In this document: positions 56,939 through 64,000 of the stretch, in pieces
Numbering within the stretch: position 1 is the first letter of the stretch
How the letters are laid out: each line of letters opens with the position of its first letter
Origin: Escherichia phage vB_EcoM_3HA11
Sequence record: MN342150
Reading direction: 5' to 3' (one strand)
DNA: 64,000 nucleotides
Made by a program: the position numbers and the translations under genes
The notes under the pieces: model-generated
The model's input: only the letters and a program-made list of their open reading frames with translations
The model's database searches: none
What the model was told of the DNA's origin: nothing

Positions 56939-57466
56939 ATGATTGAAATATACACTGACGGGGCATCTTCCCCGCAGAAGACACAAGCCGCAGGTTGGGC
57001 ATTTGCTATCAGTCCAATCACTGGAGAGCAATGGAAAGTGTTTTATGGGTATTTACCCCCACCGTCAACGAATAATATCGCTGAGTTGCTTGGGGTTATA
57101 AACGCCTTGAAGATTCTATGGAAATTCTCTAATTGCGGGGAACGCTGTATTCCCTCAGCCCGTATTATATCCGACAGCCAATATGTTATCAATAGTGTTT
57201 TGGAGTGGCGTAGAAAATGGGAATATGAAGGGATGCCGCCTAAGAACACAGAACTTCTGCTCGAGTTGTTCGATTATTATGACAAAGTTTGTTCAATTTG
57301 TGAACTTGAATTAAAATGGGTGAAAGGTCATGCGGGGAATATCGGCAACGAAATCGCAGATCAGTGGAGCGTCAGAGCCAAAGAAAATAGCTCGATGGTT
57401 CTTGAAAATAATCGTTTTCTGGTCAGAAAGGTTGTTGGTTCTTTCAATGAATTCATTGGTATTTGA
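56939..57466 (+). CDS. rnhA: Ribonuclease HI (bacterial type)
   Basis: IYTDGAS ... TNNIAEL ... ISDSQYV ... WVKGHAG..NE.AD motifs of RNase HI catalytic core. Confidence 0.8.
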   Translation: MIEIYTDGASSPQKTQAAGWAFAISPITGEQWKVFYGYLPPPSTNNIAELLGVINALKILWKFSNCGERCIPSARIISDSQYVINSVLEWRRKWEYEGMPPKNTELLLELFDYYDKVCSICELELKWVKGHAGNIGNEIADQWSVRAKENSSMVLENNRFLVRKVVGSFNEFIGI

Positions 57467-58248
57467 GGATTATCACAATGGGTATGAATTTTGTAGACAG
57501 AGGTGATAACGTCACCAAATATTTCACAGACGAAGATAACGATCGAGTTGTGGGGATATTGCGTGATTGGATCCCTGCTCGTAAAAAGGCATTAGCCGAA
57601 GGAACACCCCTACCAAGAATCCCCAATTATGTGGCCATGAATGTTCAGATGATTATTAAGAACATGAGTATGCGCTACAACTATCGTGATTATCCATACC
57701 GCGAAGACATGGTCAGTGAGGCCGTTGTCAACATCCTTCGTTACCTCCATACATTTGATGTCAGTCATATTGGCAAGAAAGGAAAAATCAATTTTTTCTC
57801 TTGGGTAACGATGTGCGCCGACCGTTCATTCGCCAAGAAACTCACCAGTGAAGAAGAACACAATTATATCAAGTTGCGTTCCTTTGAAGAAGCAGGTGGG
57901 TTCGCTGCATTATCGGATGACCCAGACTTCCAACAACAAACCTTCGTTGATAGCACTGGGATAACGATGGACTTTCGTGAGCGTATCGGAAATTTTGAAA
58001 CTAAGAAAGAAGCCCAGCGCGAAAAGGAACGCCAAAAGCAAATCGCCATCAAAGAAGAGGAAAAGAATAAGAAAATTCCTCGCGGTATACTTCAATGTCT
58101 CACAAAGAGTGAAAATACCATTACCGCCGACGCCGAAGATAATTCAGACCATGACTTCGGCTCTACTCAATTTAGTCTTGAAGATATAATGGACAGCCCC
58201 ACATTGTTAGCCGAATCAGTTGGAGAAAAGAATAATGGCGATTGCTAA
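57463..58248 (+). CDS. Late-transcription sigma factor gp55-like (tentative)
   Basis: 261 aa; adjacent to gp47/gp46-like genes (T4 gene 55 neighbours 47); acidic C-terminal tail; assignment mainly positional. Confidence 0.35.
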   Translation: MRIITMGMNFVDRGDNVTKYFTDEDNDRVVGILRDWIPARKKALAEGTPLPRIPNYVAMNVQMIIKNMSMRYNYRDYPYREDMVSEAVVNILRYLHTFDVSHIGKKGKINFFSWVTMCADRSFAKKLTSEEEHNYIKLRSFEEAGGFAALSDDPDFQQQTFVDSTGITMDFRERIGNFETKKEAQREKERQKQIAIKEEEKNKKIPRGILQCLTKSENTITADAEDNSDHDFGSTQFSLEDIMDSPTLLAESVGEKNNGDC

Positions 58249-58487
58249 AATTGGCGATTTACACATCGGGAGCCGCAATGGTTCCCGTTACGTTCGTGAA
58301 TTCATAAAGAATTATCTCATCAACTATTTTATTCCCGAATTGGTAGATGCAGACATTAAAGAAGTTTGGCAATTCGGCGACACATTTGATGTTCGTAAAT
58401 TTATGTACGGGCGCGACAAAGATTGGTTGAAAGATGAACTGACGCCAGCCCTGAGAAAGGCGGGTATCAAATGGAATGGCATCGTTG

Positions 58488-59001
58488 GAAACCATGATAT
58501 CACCTTAGAAGAATCTAACCGTATCAACTGGCCATCCTATCTGAATGAATTAGCGCCAGACGTCTATCATTATTACAGTGAACCCACTGAAGTTTCGATT
58601 GAAGGCGAAAAGGTATTGCTTCTCCCATGGATCAATAAAGAGAATTATGATGCATCTGTTAAAGCGATACAAGATACAGACGCCAAGTACTGTTTTGCGC
58701 ATCTGGAGTTGGCAGGGTTCAAAATGTACCAGTCCTCTGTATGTGATAAAGGTCAGATCGACGTGGCGCTCCTTTCCAAGTTCGAACGCGTGGATACCGG
58801 ACATTTCCATACCCGTTCGATGGAAGGTAACATTCAGTATATTGGGACTCCTTATCACCTTACCTGGGAAGACCATAAAGACGGGACGAACCGAGGATTC
58901 TATGTAGACGATATGAAAGGTGGGGAATTGTTTATTCCCAACAGCGAGCAACAAACGTTGTTCCGATTCATAGAATACGATTACACCCAAATGTCTTCCG
59001 A
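58488..59001 (+). repeat. Tandem direct repeat, copy 1 (514 bp)
   Basis: Identical to 59002..59515; ORF pairs 58550..59041 / 59064..59504 and 58578..58907 / 59092..59421 are offset by exactly 514 bp. Confidence 0.85.
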
Positions 59002-59515
59002 GAAACCATGATATCACCTTAGAAGAATCTAACCGTATCAACTGGCCATCCTATCTGAATGAATTAGCGCCAGACGTCTATCATTATTACAGTGAACCCA
59101 CTGAAGTTTCGATTGAAGGCGAAAAGGTATTGCTTCTCCCATGGATCAATAAAGAGAATTATGATGCATCTGTTAAAGCGATACAAGATACAGACGCCAA
59201 GTACTGTTTTGCGCATCTGGAGTTGGCAGGGTTCAAAATGTACCAGTCCTCTGTATGTGATAAAGGTCAGATCGACGTGGCGCTCCTTTCCAAGTTCGAA
59301 CGCGTGGATACCGGACATTTCCATACCCGTTCGATGGAAGGTAACATTCAGTATATTGGGACTCCTTATCACCTTACCTGGGAAGACCATAAAGACGGGA
59401 CGAACCGAGGATTCTATGTAGACGATATGAAAGGTGGGGAATTGTTTATTCCCAACAGCGAGCAACAAACGTTGTTCCGATTCATAGAATACGATTACAC
59501 CCAAATGTCTTCCGA
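59002..59515 (+). repeat. Tandem direct repeat, copy 2 (514 bp)
   Basis: See copy 1. Confidence 0.85.
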
Positions 59516-59866
59516 CACCGAAGGAAATTGGATAGACCCAGATTGGTTAAACAATGATTTGGGTATTGAAGGACAAATCGTTAAGGTGATTGTACAGAAC
59601 CGTGATAATGCTAAGCATTATGAAAAGTTCTGCGACGCGCTGAAGCGTTGTAAATGCATCGATTATAACTTTATAGACCGGACTATCACAGTTGCGTCTG
59701 AGAAGGTAGAAGTCACTGAAGAGATGGTGGCGACTGATGCTGTGGAAGTCCTGAAGAAAGATATCCGCGCCGCCAATAATATCCAGCGCCCTGAAAATGT
59801 TTGCAAATTAGCAGAACAATTCTATAATGCTGCCCAACAACGCCTGAACACATTGGATGCATAATA

Positions 59867-62200
59867 ATGAGCAATGTAGATCTATTATCAAAATTTGGTT
59901 CGCTGTTGAAAGAAGCGGACACCCCTGTTACTGTTGAAGCTCCATTTGAGATCCGTGGGGATATTACTCACAAACTGACTTTCCATCGTGGTCGCGCTAA
60001 GAACTTTCGTTCTATCGGTAATGAATTCATGGAAATTGATTACCAACGCAATTCGGCAACCTTGGTTACATCCGATGACAATGGCGCTGGTAAATCTACC
60101 ATGCTTGTCTGGCTGCTGTTCTTCGTGCTGTACAACGACACATACAGCAAGAAAGAAAAGAAAGCCGGATTGGTTAACTCTCAAAACAAAAAGGAATGCG
60201 TGGGTGAAGTTGAGTTCTCCACTCGCGGAAGTGAATGGAAAGTCCGTCGTGGTATCAAACCTGATTTCGTAGAAGTCTATCAGATGGTAGACGGTGAGTG
60301 GAAGCAGGTCGTGAATGATGCGGCCAAAGCCGACATGAACAAATATATTGTGAATCTCATCGGCGTGGACCAGAAGATGTTCGAGAACTCTTTGGTTCTG
60401 GGCAAGGAGAAGTTTATTCCTTTCACAGAGATGTATACTGCTGACCGCCGCGCCATGGTTGAAACAATTTGGGACTTGGGTTTCTTCAGCCTGATGAATG
60501 AGGATGTTAAAGCATCTATCAAGGCGGTAACGAACGAACTCACGACGGTCACCAATGATTACGCCTTTCATGATGTGAATCTAAAAGGCCAGCAAGCGCA
60601 GTTGGAACAGATCAATAATTCCAATGCGATGATCCAGCAACAATCTGCGGATATCCTTGTCCAAGAGAAGGACCGTCTGAATAGCCTGAATTCAGATATC
60701 GGCGCAGTGCAGGAACAACTGACAGAGTCCCGTGCTCAAGACTCTAAATTGGAATCAGAATTATCAGAAGTCCGTAATCGCCTGAACGCTGAAATGAAGG
60801 TGGATATCGATTCCATCAATGACGAGTATTTTGCCAAAATTCAAGCGGTTCAGGATGAGGCTGATACCAAGGCTGAAGACTATGAACGTATCGAGGTGTC
60901 TGATGGCGAACGTTCATTACAAGAAATTCGGGAGAGAATGGCGGTAGTCGCGGAACGTAAAAATGATCTGGTCAGCCAACGGAATGCTAACCTGGATGAA
61001 CTGAACAAAGCATTAGCGCGGCGTCAGCAGGGTGAGAACTTCCGTATCAAATTCGTAACAGAAATGGAAGGACATGAATCTGCCATCAAACGTTTCCACG
61101 ATATGGGCACTTGCCCTACGTGTACGCAATTAGTGTCGGACGATACCAAATCACGCATTGAAAGTCAATATTATCCACAAATCAGTGAACTGACTGACAA
61201 GATTCTTCAGGTTGATACAGCCCTAGAAGAAGTGAATTCCCTGATTGAGAATTACAATGTCAGAGATTCAGAATTATCTTCTCAGATTTCGGTTATTGAC
61301 AAAGAACTGGATGCTTTGCGCAATGAAATCCGAGAAGCGGAATCAGCGATCGCTGCATTAAAACGCGACATCCAAGGATTCTATGATGTCGCTGCTGTTG
61401 AGAAAACATCTTTACAGCGGGAACAACAGTCCAAAATTAACGACGTCCTCAAGGCCGTAGACACCCGTTACGAAGATATCACGACGTCAATCCGTCAAGC
61501 GCGTGAGCAGCTCTCTAAGAGCATCAACGACACGGCTGATAAACTCACCAGCCTGAAATCACGCCGTGCCCCTCTGGAGGCATCCATTGCCGATTTAGAG
61601 CGTAAATTGGCGGTTAAGCCGACACCAACTGACGCCCTGGAAGAAGAGATCGCTCGCATCACGGCATTAATGGAAGATCTGAATGCGCGGCGCGTAAAGT
61701 TGGATGAGAAATTGCAAGACCTGAACCATCTTCTGTTCTTCCTAAAAGATGATCAGACCAAGGCTCGAATTATCAGCCTGTATTTGCCTTTCCTCAATAG
61801 TAAAATAAACGAGTATCTTGAAGCACTCAATATGTTCTTGGATATTGCTGTTGATGATACATTTGAAATCACCATGAGCGCTGCAGGTCGTAAAGGGCAA
61901 AGCATCTTCTCGTTATCTACTGGTCAGCGTAGTCGCCTGAACCTGGCTGTGACATTAGCTTTACGAGATGTTGCAAACCTCAAGGCGTCGGTGCAATGTA
62001 ACCTGTTTGTGTTAGATGAAATCCTTGAGAACATGAGCGAGCGCGGCGTACAAGAATCGGTTGAGATGCTGAAGCATAAATTTGGCGGGAACAATCTGTT
62101 CGTTATCAGTCAACGCGAGCAGGAATTCCAAGAGTATTTCCAACACAACATCCGTTATGGTCTGCGTAATGGCATGACTGAAGTGATTAAGAAGGATTGA
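59867..62200 (+). CDS. Rad50/SbcC-like recombination ATPase (gp46-like)
   Basis: Walker A DDNGAGKST, long coiled coil with CPTC zinc hook, ABC signature LSTGQRS, Walker B LFVLDE. Confidence 0.85.
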   Translation: MSNVDLLSKFGSLLKEADTPVTVEAPFEIRGDITHKLTFHRGRAKNFRSIGNEFMEIDYQRNSATLVTSDDNGAGKSTMLVWLLFFVLYNDTYSKKEKKAGLVNSQNKKECVGEVEFSTRGSEWKVRRGIKPDFVEVYQMVDGEWKQVVNDAAKADMNKYIVNLIGVDQKMFENSLVLGKEKFIPFTEMYTADRRAMVETIWDLGFFSLMNEDVKASIKAVTNELTTVTNDYAFHDVNLKGQQAQLEQINNSNAMIQQQSADILVQEKDRLNSLNSDIGAVQEQLTESRAQDSKLESELSEVRNRLNAEMKVDIDSINDEYFAKIQAVQDEADTKAEDYERIEVSDGERSLQEIRERMAVVAERKNDLVSQRNANLDELNKALARRQQGENFRIKFVTEMEGHESAIKRFHDMGTCPTCTQLVSDDTKSRIESQYYPQISELTDKILQVDTALEEVNSLIENYNVRDSELSSQISVIDKELDALRNEIREAESAIAALKRDIQGFYDVAAVEKTSLQREQQSKINDVLKAVDTRYEDITTSIRQAREQLSKSINDTADKLTSLKSRRAPLEASIADLERKLAVKPTPTDALEEEIARITALMEDLNARRVKLDEKLQDLNHLLFFLKDDQTKARIISLYLPFLNSKINEYLEALNMFLDIAVDDTFEITMSAAGRKGQSIFSLSTGQRSRLNLAVTLALRDVANLKASVQCNLFVLDEILENMSERGVQESVEMLKHKFGGNNLFVISQREQEFQEYFQHNIRYGLRNGMTEVIKKD

Positions 62201-62511
62201 TCATGGGAAGTCTGATTCGTGTATCAAAGAAATCCAAGGGCGCTGAAAAGCGCCTGTACAAAGCCGTTCGCCTGATGATCCTCTACAAGTACAAAGCGGA
62301 GAATCAATGCTGGCGCAAGAAGACACGCGCCCGATATCAGTTGGCTCAGTACAATATGAGGCGTCATGTCGTCCGGCTAGCATTGAAGATCGCAGGGAAT
62401 TACAGTTATTGGACATGTGAGGCTGTGGGCAGTCGCAAGGCAATTGATCTTGTCGAAGACCGGAATCTGTCCTTCCTGATCAATCTATCTAATTATGAGG
62501 ATATGTCATGA
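62197..62511 (+). CDS. Hypothetical basic protein
   Basis: 104-aa ORF overlapping the stop of the upstream gene. Confidence 0.3.
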   Translation: MIMGSLIRVSKKSKGAEKRLYKAVRLMILYKYKAENQCWRKKTRARYQLAQYNMRRHVVRLALKIAGNYSYWTCEAVGSRKAIDLVEDRNLSFLINLSNYEDMS

Positions 62512-62668
62512 TACCTGAACCATACAAAACAGCAATTTTGATATTTGCCACCATATTGGATGTCGTATTGTTTAACCGCCATATATGTGAAAAGAATTGG
62601 GGTAATGCCTCAATATATTTGGGGTTGGCGTTATTTTTCTGTTATCTCCTGGCAGAAAAAATTATCGC

Positions 62669-62998
62669 ATGAAAGTCGTCCACTTCAAGAAGGAGCCATA
62701 CGACGTCTACATTGGGCGGCCTGGCAAATGGGGTAATGACTTCGAAGTCAAAGACCATGGGCGCGGCGTTTGTATCGAGTTGTTTGAAGACGACTTGTAT
62801 GTGCGTCTAATTGAAGGGGCAATCACCGAGGATGAACTCCTTGAACTGGACGGGAAGATTCTAGGGTGCTGGTGTAAACCACGCCCCTGCCACGGGGATG
62901 TTTACGTCAAAGTGATCGGTCGTATTAAACTATTCCGTAAGTTGGGTAAATCTTTTACTGAATATTTGAGACAAACATATGTCAGAAGAGAAAGATGA
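62669..62998 (+). CDS. Conserved phage protein, possibly DUF4326-like
   Basis: Motif YIGRPGKWGNDF resembles the GRP.KWGNP signature recalled for DUF4326; weak. Confidence 0.3.
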   Translation: MKVVHFKKEPYDVYIGRPGKWGNDFEVKDHGRGVCIELFEDDLYVRLIEGAITEDELLELDGKILGCWCKPRPCHGDVYVKVIGRIKLFRKLGKSFTEYLRQTYVRRER

Positions 62999-63263
62999 AA
63001 TACAGATTGCTTGTGATATCGCTGTGGAATTATGGAATCAGCGAAATAAACATCATCAGGTAGCATTGACACCAAAACGTTACCTAGAGCAAGGTGGGTT
63101 GATCGTTGTTGACGCCGTCTTGGGTTTCAACAAGTACACAGATATGCAAATCCTCCAAGGGGATTTCATAGTGGCATCAAAATCAGCATGGGACGATCCT
63201 ATGGAGTTTGTCTACGGCTGGTTAGAGTGCATTGAGGAATCATACCATCTGATCTACGAATAA
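62979..63263 (+). CDS. Hypothetical protein
   Basis: 94-aa ORF. Confidence 0.3.
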   Translation: MSEEKDEIQIACDIAVELWNQRNKHHQVALTPKRYLEQGGLIVVDAVLGFNKYTDMQILQGDFIVASKSAWDDPMEFVYGWLECIEESYHLIYE

Positions 63264-63269
63264 GGTGAA

Positions 63270-63300
63270 GGGCACTAAATATCAAGTGCCCTTTATCTTT
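63270..63300 (+). terminator. Rho-independent terminator (gggcact-aaatatca-agtgccc + tttatctttt)
   Basis: Perfect 7-bp stem and T-tract. Confidence 0.6.
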
Positions 63301-63359
63301 TAACCCTGTCAGGAGGCTCAATCGAGCTGCAAGTCGACAAACACATAAGGAACGCCATC

Positions 63360-63977
63360 ATGACGATGACAACGTTGAAGGCCATGGCCTTGTCCGTGAC
63401 CTTTACCATTGCCAGCGGGAGTGTGCACGCTTCCCAAAGTACCACCCAATGTGATTACGAATTTTCTGATCAGCAACTTTCAACTATGGCCACTGCCTAT
63501 CACATAGGCAAACAGCAAGACCTTGGTTTCACCCTCGCCGCAATATCATGGAGGGAAAGCCGCGCCGGAGAAGATGTTGTATCCATGCGGAATAACCTGA
63601 AATCGGCTAATATGGGGGCATTTCAAAATCGCGTCCAAACCGTCGGGAAACGGGAGGGATGCAAAACACAGAAGTGTTACGCCAATGTCGCGATCAAATT
63701 ACTGGTCAATCAAGAATATGCTGCCAATGCTGCCCTTGATGAAATGAATTTCTGGCTAGAATATCATAACCAAAACATCCGCAAATCGCTCTCCTCTTAC
63801 AATGCCGGTTTCAGTCGTAACCAAAAATCCAATTCATACGCTGCTGATGTCGTGAAGAAGGCTAAATATCTTCAACGATGTGTGTCTTTCAAAGGCATGG
63901 CAATAAACCCAAAGGTCGACCCAGGAGTGATCGCCATGAATAAGCGCACGATTGAGAAACTCAAGAGGACCCGATAA
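63360..63977 (+). CDS. Secreted lytic transglycosylase-like (SLT domain) protein
   Basis: Signal peptide (..ASGSVHA); AISWRESR ... ANMGAFQ resembles the SLT catalytic E-S and GxMQ motifs. Confidence 0.4.
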   Translation: MTMTTLKAMALSVTFTIASGSVHASQSTTQCDYEFSDQQLSTMATAYHIGKQQDLGFTLAAISWRESRAGEDVVSMRNNLKSANMGAFQNRVQTVGKREGCKTQKCYANVAIKLLVNQEYAANAALDEMNFWLEYHNQNIRKSLSSYNAGFSRNQKSNSYAADVVKKAKYLQRCVSFKGMAINPKVDPGVIAMNKRTIEKLKRTR

Positions 63978-64000
63978 TGAATATCACTCCATCTCAGACC

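Larger units (their letters stand above)
58220..59864 (+). pseudogene. Mre11/SbcD-like recombination nuclease (gp47-like) interrupted by a 514-bp tandem duplication
   Basis: Calcineurin-like phosphoesterase motifs GDLHIG, GDTFD, GNHD, GHFH; reading frame breaks at the duplication junction (ORF 58220..59011 ends ..MSSEKP*, ORF 59130..59864 carries the C-terminus); removing one copy gives a continuous ~376-aa ORF. Confidence 0.7.

Noticed and set aside
58550-59504. Pair of identical - strand ORFs (163 and 146 aa) and identical + strand ORFs (109 aa each)
   Set aside because: They are by-products of the 514-bp tandem duplication inside the gp47-like gene, not independent genes
58488-59515. Possible CRISPR-like or satellite repeat
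   Set aside because: Only two copies of one long protein-coding unit with no spacers; a tandem duplication, not a CRISPR array
59888-60571. 227-aa - strand ORF inside the Rad50/SbcC-like gene
   Set aside because: Antisense to a gene with Walker A, zinc hook and signature motifs
63270-63300. CTAAATAT box at about 63275..63282 as a late promoter
   Set aside because: It lies in the loop of a terminator hairpin and the downstream gene has a signal peptide and early-type context; the match is probably fortuitous

Overview
This window reads as a segment of a T4-core myovirus genome, almost entirely + strand. From 5' to 3': (1) a tailspike cluster of three proteins, two of which share a near-identical N-terminal anchor domain with unrelated C-terminal domains (one sialidase-like with Asp-boxes), plus a 1612-aa structural protein; (2) a T4-collinear late morphogenesis block: neck gp13/gp14, gp15, small terminase, large terminase interrupted by a 159-aa mini-intein in the Walker A P-loop, tail sheath, two divergent GIY-YIG homing endonuclease genes, tail tube, portal, prohead core proteins, prohead protease, scaffold, major capsid protein; (3) an accessory block with UvsY-like, a PD-(D/E)XK nuclease and UvsW helicase; (4) replication genes (sliding clamp gp45, clamp loader gp44/gp62, RegA) followed not by a DNA polymerase but by large uncharacterised proteins, including an HhH-GPD glycosylase-like protein, a vWA/MIDAS protein and an ACP-like protein lacking the phosphopantetheine serine; (5) a host-like block (HU, DinG-type helicase, RNase HI), a gp55-like late sigma factor, an Mre11/SbcD (gp47-like) gene broken by an exact 514-bp tandem duplication, and Rad50/SbcC (gp46-like). 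Late genes are preceded by a CTAAATA(C) box, often followed by a hairpin that would sequester the ribosome-binding G-run. All calls rest on motifs read by eye and on recalled family knowledge; no database search was run. The candidate novel system I would rank first is the HhH-GPD-like gene with its two uncharacterised neighbours at 38822..43110, but its function is inference only.
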